32,000 bases of DNA from Gemmata obscuriglobus (GCF_008065095.1 NZ_CP042911.1:7290001-7322000); one strand, 5' to 3'; counted from the stretch's first letter, positions 1 to 8,282 are shown. Made by a program: numbers and translations. Notes: a model not told the origin generated them from the sequence alone.

Positions 1-264
1 GGCGACCGCGCCGGTCACGAGCCCGATCGAGCCGTGTGTGACCAGTAACCGCTTGCGCAGGAGTTGCCGCGTCTCTTCGGCGAACCCGGCCGACCCCGTC
101 GATACGGTGCGCGGCGGCATCACGCTGGTTTGGGCGCCCGCCGGGTTTTGCGGCGCGGGCCGCACGAGTGTCTCGTCGACCGTGCTCGGAACCGGGCGTA
201 CCGCGGTCGCCTCGGGCGCCCCATCGGGCGGACGAACGGCGGTGACGTCCGATGGATCGGGCAT
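1..264 (-). CDS. Partial CDS (5' end only, continues past window start); hypothetical protein with a Pro/Ala-rich N-terminus followed by a hydrophobic stretch
   Basis: The reverse strand has ATG at 262-264 followed by 88 sense codons with no stop to the window edge (MPDPSDVTAVRPPDGAPEATAVRPVPSTVDETLVRPAPQNPAGAQTSVMPPRTVSTGSAGFAEETRQLLRKRLLVTHGSIGLVTGAVA...). Third codon positions are mostly G/C, like neighbouring genes. It is absent from the ORF track because it runs off the window. No domain recognised and no clear SD. Confidence 0.4.
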   Translation of the reverse strand, partial: MPDPSDVTAVRPPDGAPEATAVRPVPSTVDETLVRPAPQNPAGAQTSVMPPRTVSTGSAGFAEETRQLLRKRLLVTHGSIGLVTGAVA

Positions 265-412
265 GTGCGGCAACTCAGCGCAGGTGGGCTTCAGAATAAG
301 ATATAACATGCTTTGCCCGCGCCGTTGAAACGCCGGAGGTCGTGGCGGCGGGCGGACAGAGCTTTTGCCTGGAACCGCCCTTCCCTGTGCGGCCGGCTCG
401 CCACGGCCGGGG

Positions 413-958
413 TTACGACGTTCCCTCTTCGTTCGGCCCCTCGGGCGGTACAAGGTACAGATGGCACAGCTTCGGGAACCGCTTGCGCATCTCGTCGGGG
501 TCATCGAAGTCCCAGTCGGTACCCTCGGGCGGTGGCGGCGGGGCGTTCTCCTCGGCGCGGTCGAGTCGCGCGTAGAAGTCGCTCATCCCAGTCTTCTCTT
601 CGTACACCCGTAGCGCGGAGGCATCCAGCCCGAACCCGTCCACCGGGTCGCCGTCGAGGATGTCGGCGAGCGAGTCCGGGTTCTTCAGCGCGTGTTCGTA
701 GGCGTGCCGCCCGCGGCCCACCAGCCACACCCGGAAGTCCCGGAACCCGTCGTCCGAGCAGCCGCCGTTGATGAGGTGTGCGGCGCCCCACAGGTCGATG
801 AGGTTCGCGGAACTGATGGCCTCGTCGAACTTGACCTGGAACTCGATCACTTCGAACCACTTAAGATCGCCGAGCCGCTCCTTGAGGGCCTCGAAGTGGT
901 CGATCGCGTCCGGCCGGTAGGCGTCTTCGATTACCTTCCAGAACGATTTCCAGTCCAT
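413..958 (-). CDS. DUF4240 domain-containing protein
   Basis: This is the C-terminal 181 aa of track ORF 413..1171. I start it at ATG 956-958 (MDWKSFWKVIEDAY...), preceded by a TGAGGT SD-like motif. The stretch LIDLWGAAHLINGGCSDDGFRDFRVWLVGRGRHAYEHALKNPDSLA matches the DUF4240 signature as I recall it. The 71-aa upstream extension is Arg/Pro-rich and not protein-like. Confidence 0.8.
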   Translation of the reverse strand: MDWKSFWKVIEDAYRPDAIDHFEALKERLGDLKWFEVIEFQVKFDEAISSANLIDLWGAAHLINGGCSDDGFRDFRVWLVGRGRHAYEHALKNPDSLADILDGDPVDGFGLDASALRVYEEKTGMSDFYARLDRAEENAPPPPPEGTDWDFDDPDEMRKRFPKLCHLYLVPPEGPNEEGTS

Positions 959-1563
959 CGCGCACCTCATTACGGTACGGCGTGCCGGGGCATCATCTGG
1001 CCGCGCCGCGGTGCAAGTATAGGGCTGCCAAGCCATTTTGGGTGAAACCGGGTCGGCTGCCACACGCGGCCCCGCGCAATACGGCATCAAGGCCAACCGA
1101 ATCGAGGCGGATCTCGGTGAAAGTGTGGAAGCACCTTCGACACTTTTCGAGCCACCTGAAAGTTGCGCCAAGAGTGGATCTCAGTCAGCCGGTATCTGAT
1201 CCGAATCAAGCAAGAGCCGCGAATCGCGCCCCTGACCGGCCCGGCTGTGAACCTATTATGCCCGGCTCACTTACACCGCATCGCGCCGGGCGCCCTTCGG
1301 GCTGAACCGCTTTACACCCGCCATCACCCGACAGAGCTAATTCTGTTCCATTGGAGAACCTCGGGCAAATCCGGTGCACTATCACCGAACAATATTCTTG
1401 ACAGGAGAAATACCGACAAAAAGAGTGTATACTCTAATTAGCGACAACATCATCACAGCCTTCACCTGCTTCAAAAACAGACAAGTGTCAACGCGTCGCC
1501 GCCCCGCGTGAGAACCCTTCGCGGCGACAGCCCCGTCGACCGAACACTCACTAGAGGATCTTC

Positions 1564-3327
1564 ATGGGACTCTTGAGCCGTTTGTTCAAGGCCGCATCGG
1601 GAGCGACAGGCGACGTCACCAGCCCCCCTTCGCACACCGGGCACCGGTTGCCCATCGAAGTGCCGGTCCAGATCCTCGACGCGATTAAATTCAACGTCAT
1701 GTACTGCGACACGCAGTTCGTGATCCGGTACGCCAACCCGGCGACCATACAAACGCTCAAGCGACTTCAGCAATATTTGCCGATCCCCGCGGAATCGCTT
1801 GTGGGCAGTTCGATCGATGTGTTCCACAAGCGCCCGGCGCACCAGCGAGGGGTGCTGGCGAGCGCGAGCACGATCCCCCCGGTGACGAACATCCGTGTTG
1901 GGCCGGAAACGCTCGAGTTGCGCGTTCAACCGGTGTTCTCCGTTACGGGCGCTCGGCTCGGGACGCTCGTCACCTGGGACGTGATCACCCGGCAACTGGA
2001 ACTGGAAGCCACCAACACGGACTCCCGTGGGCAGATCGAGTCGATTAAACGGTCCTTTGCCGTGATCGAATTTGAAATGAACGGCAACGTCCGGACCGCC
2101 AACGATGTCTTTCTCAAAGCGATGGGGTACACGCTGGCCGAGATCAAAGGGCGGCACCACAGCATGTTTGTGGACCAAGCGTACGCGGCCAGCGCCGAGT
2201 ATCGGGAGTTTTGGGCCAAGCTGAACCGGGGCGAATCGGTGATCCGGGAGCTCAAACGGGTGGACAAGGCCGGGCAAGAGGTCTGGCTCCAGGCCTCGTA
2301 CAACCCCATCATGGGGGCCGACGGCAAGCCCTACAAGGTGGTGAAATTCGCCACCGACCTGACCGAGCAGAAGCGCAAAGCCGGAGCGATCCTCAGCGCG
2401 GTCAACCGTATGGCCAGCGGCGACTTCGCTCAGACCGTCCCGTCGCTCGGGGATGACCTGTTGGCCCAAGTCGGCACCGCGCTCAACGAGGCGATCGGTG
2501 CGGTCCGCTCTGCCCTGGAGAGCGTGCGGGAGGTGTCCGAACAGTTGGCCGATGCGGCCGCACAACTGTCGAGCGCCAGCGAAGAGATCTCCACGGGCGC
2601 GCAGCAGCAGGCGAGCAGCCTGGAGGAGACAGCGAGCACGCTGCACGAGATCACGGCCACGGTGCGGCAGAGCGCCGACAGCGCGCAGCAAGCCCGGCAG
2701 TTGGCTAACGGGTCCCGCGAGGTAGCCGAGAGGGGCGGCTCGGTCGTGAGCGGGGCGGTGGAAGCGATGGGCGAGATCAACGCGTCCAGCAAGAAGATCG
2801 CGGAGATCATCACGACCATCGACGAGATCGCGTTCCAGACCAACCTCCTCGCCCTCAACGCCGCCGTCGAGGCCGCTCGCGCCGGCGAGCAGGGGCGCGG
2901 GTTCGCCGTGGTCGCGGCCGAGGTCCGCAACCTGGCCCAGCGGTCCGCCACCGCCGCCAAGGAGATCAAGGGGTTGATCGGCGACAGCGTTAAAAAGGTG
3001 GACGCCGGTACCGACCTGGTGAACCGGTCCGGCGCGACCCTGGCGGAGATCGTGTCCAGCGTCAAGCGGGTCACCGAGATCGTGGCCGAGATCGCCTCGG
3101 CCAGCAAGGACCAGGCGTCGGGGATCGAACAAGTGAACAAGGCGGTGGGCCAGATGGACACCGTCACCCAGCGGAACGCCTCCCAGACCGAGGAGATGAG
3201 CGCCACCGCCCAAACACTCACGGATCAGGCCGCACAGCTCCGCGAACTCGTGGCCCGGTTCAAACTCGGGGCCGTGAACCGGCCGTCGGCACGCAAAGCG
3301 TCGCCGAAGGCCAGAAGCTACGGCTAG
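1564..3327 (+). CDS. Soluble methyl-accepting chemotaxis protein with two N-terminal PAS/PAC domains
   Basis: ATG at 1564 is preceded by AGAGGA. There is no TM segment. PAS-like blocks are present ([16 protein letters not shown]...; [40 protein letters not shown]...[14 protein letters not shown]). The canonical MCP signalling hairpin is present: [42 protein letters not shown]. Confidence 0.95.
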   Translation: MGLLSRLFKAASGATGDVTSPPSHTGHRLPIEVPVQILDAIKFNVMYCDTQFVIRYANPATIQTLKRLQQYLPIPAESLVGSSIDVFHKRPAHQRGVLASASTIPPVTNIRVGPETLELRVQPVFSVTGARLGTLVTWDVITRQLELEATNTDSRGQIESIKRSFAVIEFEMNGNVRTANDVFLKAMGYTLAEIKGRHHSMFVDQAYAASAEYREFWAKLNRGESVIRELKRVDKAGQEVWLQASYNPIMGADGKPYKVVKFATDLTEQKRKAGAILSAVNRMASGDFAQTVPSLGDDLLAQVGTALNEAIGAVRSALESVREVSEQLADAAAQLSSASEEISTGAQQQASSLEETASTLHEITATVRQSADSAQQARQLANGSREVAERGGSVVSGAVEAMGEINASSKKIAEIITTIDEIAFQTNLLALNAAVEAARAGEQGRGFAVVAAEVRNLAQRSATAAKEIKGLIGDSVKKVDAGTDLVNRSGATLAEIVSSVKRVTEIVAEIASASKDQASGIEQVNKAVGQMDTVTQRNASQTEEMSATAQTLTDQAAQLRELVARFKLGAVNRPSARKASPKARSYG

Positions 3328-3542
3328 CCGGTAGAAGGTCTGTGGCACGCACTTCACAAGCGAACATCCGACAAGAAGCCCACACAGCTCAAGCCAAACA
3401 ACGAAACAAACGTCGTCACGCAGCGGGTGACGCCCTCGCGCCGATGCGGCCTTGGATCGACCGATCCGGTCCCGGGCGGGCGTGTGCCCCACCCCGGGCA
3501 CAGCCGGCAGCCGCGACCGGTAGCCCCTCCCCTGCCCCGCGC

Positions 3543-4808
3543 TCAGATGCCCAGCAACTCGCGACCGGCCTTAGCGGAGCGCCGGTCGGGCGCCCGCGGG
3601 TCGTCGGTCACTTCCAGTTCCCAGCAGCAGTGCAGGCCGTACACGTCTTCCGGGCTCATATCGGCGTGGGCCTCGCCGATCAGCGCCGCCGGGATCGAGC
3701 CGACCATACCTAACCCGATGAAGTCGGTGCCGTCGCCGTTGAGCCCGGTGTACGTGTACCGGAGCAGCCACACCTGGCGCCGGTCGTCGGTGGGGACCCA
3801 GTTGAGTTCGCGCGTGTCGAACAGCTCGATGTGCGTTGGTGGGCCGGTAAACTCGCCCGCGTGGGCCAGCCAGTCGCACATCACGGCCTGCGCCTCGAAG
3901 TCCGGCTCCGCGGCCGTCGGCGGGATGCGGTCCGCGCGGTCGAGGTCGCGCAGGTGCTGTTGCGCGGCCAGGCTGTAGCGCGGGTCCTCGCACAGGCGCG
4001 CCAGGAACGTGAGCCCCGCGGTGCCCCCGCGCGAGGCGCCGGCCTGCGCCGCCTCCATCTGCACCCCGACATCGGGGTGGTCCATCGCCAGCGCCGTCAG
4101 CGTGTTCCGGGCCGCTACGCTGATAAACGGCAGCGCCGCCGCCGCGCTCCGAGCGTAGCTGAAGTTGTCGGCGTCGGAGTCGGCGAGCCACGCTTCGAGC
4201 CGCTTGTGGCCCTCTGCGGTGTCGAACGGGTGCGCGGTGACCGTCCCGCCGCGGGCGGCCGTGTTGGCGAGATCGAGGAACGCGACCGCGGCGAAGTCCG
4301 ACGGCAGCGGTTCACGCAGTTGGTCGATGAACGCGCCGACCAGCGGGTGCCCGTCCTCCGCGTACACCCCGAACACCACCTCCCACATGTACTCGTCGGG
4401 GAACCGACGCACGGCCGCCGCGACGCGCTCCAACCCCGGTTGGGAGACGTAGACCGCGAGCATCTTGCACACCGTCAGTAACGCCTCCGGGTCGGCGCCG
4501 GGAACCGCGATGGCGAGGTCGAACAGCCGGACGAGTTCCGGCGTGCCCCGGTCGCGCAGGAACCGCGTGGCGTCGTCGGTGGCCTCGTTCTGGAACAGTT
4601 GCGCGAGCGCCTGGAGCGGCACGCCGTTTCCGGGGGTGAGCAGCCGTTTCACGTCCGCTTGCTCGCGAAGCACCGCCACGAACTCCTCCGCGTCGCGGAG
4701 CGTGAGCTCCGTGTCTTCCCAGGGTTCAAGGGCTTCGGCGAGCGACGCCCCCGGGTTGGCGAGCGCGGTGCGGATCGTGTCGGAGAGGCTCAAATTGCGA
4801 CGGGCCAT
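3543..4808 (-). CDS. Hypothetical protein (421 aa), alpha-helical N-terminal two-thirds, no recognised domain
   Basis: ATG at 4806-4808. It is a long ORF with protein-like composition and G/C-rich third positions. The overlapping ORFs in other frames are Arg/Pro-rich shadows. I do not recognise a family. Confidence 0.75.
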   Translation of the reverse strand: MARRNLSLSDTIRTALANPGASLAEALEPWEDTELTLRDAEEFVAVLREQADVKRLLTPGNGVPLQALAQLFQNEATDDATRFLRDRGTPELVRLFDLAIAVPGADPEALLTVCKMLAVYVSQPGLERVAAAVRRFPDEYMWEVVFGVYAEDGHPLVGAFIDQLREPLPSDFAAVAFLDLANTAARGGTVTAHPFDTAEGHKRLEAWLADSDADNFSYARSAAAALPFISVAARNTLTALAMDHPDVGVQMEAAQAGASRGGTAGLTFLARLCEDPRYSLAAQQHLRDLDRADRIPPTAAEPDFEAQAVMCDWLAHAGEFTGPPTHIELFDTRELNWVPTDDRRQVWLLRYTYTGLNGDGTDFIGLGMVGSIPAALIGEAHADMSPEDVYGLHCCWELEVTDDPRAPDRRSAKAGRELLGI

Positions 4809-4830
4809 GTCGTGCGTTCGTCCGTGTGCG

Positions 4831-4971
4831 GTTTCAAGTTGAAGAGGCGTCGGGTCACAAATCCAGTCGCTTCACGTTTCAAGTTCCAGGTTCCAAGTAG
4901 GAACCGACTCGGCACAAACTCCAGACCGCTCGTGTGCCTTTTGGCGTTACGTGAAACCTGGAACGTGAAAC
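4831..4971. promoter_or_regulatory. Cluster of four GTTTCA(A/C)GT motifs (two per strand), a candidate operator/promoter region upstream of CDS 3543..4808
   Basis: gtttcaagtt occurs at 4831-4840 and 4876-4885 on the + strand. gtttcacgtt (reverse complement of 4962-4971) and gtttcacgta (reverse complement of 4948-4957) lie on the - strand. The 17-mers at 4876-4892 and 4955-4971 are inverted repeats with one mismatch. A 6-bp palindrome ggttcc/ggaacc lies between them at 4889-4905. Confidence 0.3.
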
Positions 4972-5047
4972 TGCTGAAGTCCTAACGTCATCATCCGGTG
5001 AGGCCGTGCGACGGTGCAGCATTCGGCCCGACGGCCGGGGACCAGCG

Positions 5048-5905
5048 TTAGTAGCCGGCCTTGGCTTTGGCGAGTGCGACGCCGTTCGTGCTGGGCTCCG
5101 GTGGCCACTCCGTCCAGTTGTTCGCCTGGCGCCAGAAGGTGAGCGGGTTCTCGTACACCACCTTCCGGATGTCGGCCTCGGAGTGACCGCGGCGCTTCAT
5201 CTCCTGGATCAGTTCGGGCACCGCGAGCGGGTCGGACCGCCCCCAGTCGCCGGCCGAGTTCGCCATGATCCGCTCGGTGCCCACCATCTCGATGATGTCG
5301 GCCGCGCGGGCGGGGGTACACTTCGAGACCGGGTACAGCGTCATCCCGCACCAGAACCCGTTGTCGAGAGCCAACTTAACCGTGTGCTCCTCGACGTGAT
5401 CGACGCACACCCGCTCGGGCTTCACCCGCGAGTCGCCCTTGAGCATGTCCACGATCATCCGCGTCCCCTTGTACTTGTCCTCAAGGTGCGGGGTGTGGAT
5501 CAGGACCAGTTCGTTGGTCTTCGCGGCCAGGTCGAGGTGCTCCTGGAAGATGATCGCCTCGTTGCGGGTGTTCTTGTTGAGCCCGATCTCGCCGATCCCG
5601 AGCACGCCGGGGCGCGACAGGAACTCGGGGATCATGGCAATCACCTCGCGGGACAGCGAGACGTTCTCGGCCTCCTTGGCGTTGATGCACAGCCACGAGT
5701 AGTGCTTGATGCCGAACTGGGCGGCGCGTTTCGGCTCGAACTCGGTGAGGTGCCGGAAGTAGTCGTGGAACCCCTGTGCGGAGCCACGATCGAACCCGGC
5801 CCAGAACGCGGGCTCGGAGATCGCGGCGCACTGCGCGTAGGCCATCCGCTGGTAGTCGTCGGTGGTCCGCGAAATCATGTGGATGTGCGGGTCGATGTAT
5901 TTCAC
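5048..5905 (-). CDS. TatD-family metal-dependent hydrolase (amidohydrolase superfamily)
   Basis: GTG start at 5903-5905 with AAGGAG about 10 nt upstream. The N-terminus MKYIDPHIHM carries the HxH metal motif. Other matches are GIGEIGLN, LVLIHTPH and a late CVDH, which fit the TatD/TIM-barrel hydrolase pattern. Confidence 0.85.
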   Translation of the reverse strand: MKYIDPHIHMISRTTDDYQRMAYAQCAAISEPAFWAGFDRGSAQGFHDYFRHLTEFEPKRAAQFGIKHYSWLCINAKEAENVSLSREVIAMIPEFLSRPGVLGIGEIGLNKNTRNEAIIFQEHLDLAAKTNELVLIHTPHLEDKYKGTRMIVDMLKGDSRVKPERVCVDHVEEHTVKLALDNGFWCGMTLYPVSKCTPARAADIIEMVGTERIMANSAGDWGRSDPLAVPELIQEMKRRGHSEADIRKVVYENPLTFWRQANNWTEWPPEPSTNGVALAKAKAGY

Positions 5906-6653
5906 CGTGACTCGATCTCCTTGAAGGCCAATGTGTTGCGTTCCGCTTCGCGCCGGGTTTCGTCGTCAAATGCCGAAGCCGCACGCCGGTGCAGACCAAA
6001 TTCCATCTGCTACCAGCACCGGAACGTGTTCCCATTTAGGGAGTCGTTATCGACTCGGCGGTCCGCAGTTCGGGTATTTTCTACCCCCATTATCCCCCGG
6101 TGCGGCAGTTTCAGAAGCCCGATGCCGTCAGGATGTGCCGTCGGCGTCCAGTTCTAACCCGAGAGGCGAAGCCGCCCACCGAGTCTAGATCGACACAAAA
6201 TGCGTCCGGGCAAATTGTTACGCCCTTCGCCACGTCCCGCTGACGTTTGATCTCGGTTCGTCCCGGGGCTCGTATTTCGGGCTCAGGACCGGCGATTCCT
6301 GGGTAGCGACCACCCAGCGAACGAGCAGCGAATTGGTAGTCGGCCGCCAGCGAATGTCCAGTCCGCGACCCATCAGTGCTGCATCAGCCGGTGCCGTGCT
6401 GTAACCCCCGTTACAGCGTTTGCTGAAAGCCCCACCGTCCACGCCGCCGGTGCGGTGGTGCGGTGGCCTTCACGCTCACCCTTAAGATACCGATGGCACG
6501 CGGCCCGAAATGCTTCGCCACGGCTCACGCGGGTCGAAGGTAACGGGATTGCTGGGAAGGCGAGCTGTGCCACCTTTGCGTGACGGTCGCGCTCGGGTCG
6601 GCGTGGCGAAGGCGTTGACCGGGAAGGCAGTCATCCGGAGTAGAATCACGGCC

Positions 6654-7130
6654 ATGAACAAGCCGCTCCTGATAGCCGTTCTCCTCACACTCTTGGCAGG
6701 CCGAGCGGGGGCTGCGGACGCGCCGCACGTCGTTGTCTTTCTTGCCGACGACCTCGGATGGGGCGATTGCTCACCGTATGGCGGTAAGGACGTGCCGACG
6801 CCGAACATGGTCCGGCTCGCGGCCGACGGGGTGACGCTCACGCACGCGTTCGTCGCGTCGCCGAGCTGCACCCCGAGTCGGGCGGCGCGGCTCACCGGCC
6901 TCGACCCGATGCGCAACGGCGCCATGCTCAACCACGCCCGGCCTGCCGAAGAGCTGTTCGACCTGAACGCCGACCCGTGGGAGCTGAAGAACCTGGCCGC
7001 CGATCCGAAGCACGCCGGCCGGCTGAAAACACTTCGCACTGATCTCGACGCGTGGATGAAGGCCCAGGGCGACGAGGGGAGGAAAACCGAACGCGCACTG
7101 CCCAACCCGCAACCCATGAAGAAGAAGTAG
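6654..7130 (+). CDS. Sulfatase remnant: signal peptide plus N-terminal sulfatase segment fused in frame to the sulfatase C-terminal tail (probable internal deletion; possibly a pseudogene)
   Basis: ATG at 6654 (MNKPLLIAVLLTLLAGRAGAADA is a signal peptide). VVVFLADDLGWGD and the formylglycine motif SCTPSRAARLTG are present. After ...RNGAMLNHARP the sequence jumps directly to the typical sulfatase C-terminal motif EELFDLNADPWELKNLAADP. The product is 158 aa, against the roughly 450-500 aa expected for the family. Confidence 0.7.
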   Translation: MNKPLLIAVLLTLLAGRAGAADAPHVVVFLADDLGWGDCSPYGGKDVPTPNMVRLAADGVTLTHAFVASPSCTPSRAARLTGLDPMRNGAMLNHARPAEELFDLNADPWELKNLAADPKHAGRLKTLRTDLDAWMKAQGDEGRKTERALPNPQPMKKK

Positions 7131-7148
7131 CCGCGGCACGTGCCGAAT

Positions 7149-7261
7149 CTGATTCACGGTCCGGGTGGTGGTGTCTGTTTCTTGTGGCACAGACATTCCT
7201 GTCTGTGCAGCGCGAGAACGCCGCACAGACAGGAATGTCTGTGCCACGAAGACAAGACCAA
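7149..7261 (+). repeat. Nested-palindrome repeat element, copy 1 (REP/MITE-like)
   Basis: A perfect 25-nt arm at 7184-7208 (gtggcacagacattcctgtctgtgc) pairs with 7223-7247 across a 14-nt loop. Each arm is itself a 9-bp hairpin (gcacagaca-ttcc/ggaa-tgtctgtgc). The full 113 bp recurs in reverse orientation at 20381-20493 with only a few mismatches. Confidence 0.9.
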
Positions 7262-7338
7262 AGCAAGCACAAGTAACCGGATCGTGTATGAGGCGCGAGA
7301 AGTCGAAGAGACTGGCTCAGGTGAGCGATGGCACCGAA

Positions 7339-7545
7339 TCACCGGTTCAGATGGCCCTCGTCCCAGAGCTGACGCACGTCTTCGTCGGAGGTGTTGGGGT
7401 ATCCGGCGGCGCGCACCGCAGCCGCTACCTGTTCGGGTGTCGCCAGTGCTCCGAGCCTTACTCGCGTTTCCAACACGAGGCACGGTAACCCGGGATTCAG
7501 CTCTTCCGTTTGTGGCGTGCCGGCGCTCGATGTGTCGTTCGCCAT
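7339..7545 (-). CDS. Small hypothetical protein (68 aa)
   Basis: ATG at 7543-7545 is preceded by GGGAGG 5-6 nt upstream. Third-position G/C is about 70%, somewhat lower than neighbouring genes. No recognised domain. Confidence 0.5.
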   Translation of the reverse strand: MANDTSSAGTPQTEELNPGLPCLVLETRVRLGALATPEQVAAAVRAAGYPNTSDEDVRQLWDEGHLNR

Positions 7546-8184
7546 GTTGGCCTCCCGAAACCGGAAATGAGAGCAGCGGTTGAGCTGCGACGGGCAGTCA
7601 CCACGGAACTCGTTGTGACCCGTTGAGGTGTTGCACTTCTTGCGCCACCGGGTAACAAGGCCACTGCCGGAAGGAGCGGCTGTGCGACCGATTGAGCGAG
7701 TAGTGATGGTGATGAGGGTGGCCCGGCGGTTACCCGTCTGCTAACGCAGGCGGGTGGCGTTCGCACTCAAGACACGTATTTCTGGGGAGGGTGTAAAAAC
7801 CGCTCGGACCGGAGAGGCGGGCTCAAGGGCGGCCTCCTCCGGTCCGGCGGTGTTCCGAGGGCGAACTCGGAACGCATCTGAACGTGTTCGGGAAAACCCG
7901 GTTGGGCGGACCGGGTAAATCGCGACCGGAGACCGCTGGGCGATCAGGGCGAGGTTGGGCGAACGGCCGGTGCGATGAGCTTCTCAAATAGCATGTATGG
8001 TGCCAGCGAAAACGTTTTTCACCATTTCCACCGCAACACACACGCTGCAAACAACTTAATGCCACGCAGCAACGATTCGCGATATTTCATTCTGAGTCGG
8101 AATCTTCGACACGTCCTCGTAAGGAGTCGATTTTTTCGACTCTCATGTTTGATTCCGACACCAAGCGCGGCTATAGTTCTTTCA

Positions 8185-8247
8185 GACCGGCCGCGATTGC
8201 CACACTGAATGGGCGACAGTGTGACAGTTAGCGGCCGGTCCTTTTTT
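8185..8247 (+). terminator. Rho-independent terminator-like hairpin on the + strand
   Basis: A perfect 10-bp GC-rich stem gaccggccgc (8185-8194) / gcggccggtc (8231-8240) is followed, after one nt, by TTTTTT (8242-8247). The 36-nt loop contains an inner 7-bp stem cacactg (8201-8207) / cagtgtg (8217-8223). Confidence 0.55.
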
Positions 8248-8252
8248 GCGCA

Positions 8253-8282
8253 CTGGTTAGAACTGGTTAGAACTGATTAGAA
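8253..8282. repeat. 10-bp tandem repeat x3 (ctggttagaa, ctggttagaa, ctgattagaa)
   Basis: Read directly: 8253-8262, 8263-8272 and 8273-8282. The third unit contains the TAA stop (8277-8279, - strand) of the small secreted-protein gene. Confidence 0.9.

Noticed and set aside
413-1171. Full 252-aa version of the DUF4240 ORF, and similar long N-terminal extensions of ORFs 8277..8918, 20617..22314, 27973..28671, 30987..31475, 14004..15095 and 6510..7130
   Set aside because: The upstream extensions are Arg/Pro/Ala-rich and lack SD motifs. Internal starts coincide with SD motifs and with the start of the recognisable domain or signal peptide.
1398-1433. TTGACA (1398-1403) and TATACT (1428-1433) upstream of the MCP gene
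   Set aside because: The spacer is 24 nt, far from the 16-18 nt needed for a sigma70-type promoter, so I do not call it. TATACTC also occurs at 22903 and 23523, but three occurrences are not evidence of a motif.
1471-3501. 676-aa - strand ORF opposite the MCP gene
   Set aside because: It is a shadow ORF with low-complexity Arg/Gly/Leu/Pro composition. The + strand frame carries the canonical MCP signalling domain.
6218-6573. 74-aa and 66-aa - strand ORFs in the TatD/sulfatase gap
   Set aside because: Third-position G/C is moderate (about 65%), there is no SD and there are no motifs. They may be pseudogene traces, but I cannot support that from the sequence alone.
7640-7680. ggccactgccggaaggagcggc resembles the SRP RNA GGAA-tetraloop region (CCGGAAGGAAGCAGC) and the CCACTG...GGAAGG piece of cobalamin riboswitches
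   Set aside because: I could not pair the flanks into the SRP domain IV helix with its symmetric and asymmetric loops. The other cobalamin elements (GGGAA...GGTG...TCC, B12 box AGCCAGGAGACCTGCC) are absent on either strand. An Infernal scan would settle it.
7975-8231. 77-aa ORF (7975..8208) and 28-codon ORF (8145..8231) in the AT-rich island
   Set aside because: The composition is not protein-like (His/Asn/Arg/Ser-rich). The codon usage is unlike the rest of the window. The nearest AAGGAG is 18 nt from the short ORF's ATG. I treat the region as a possible ncRNA instead.
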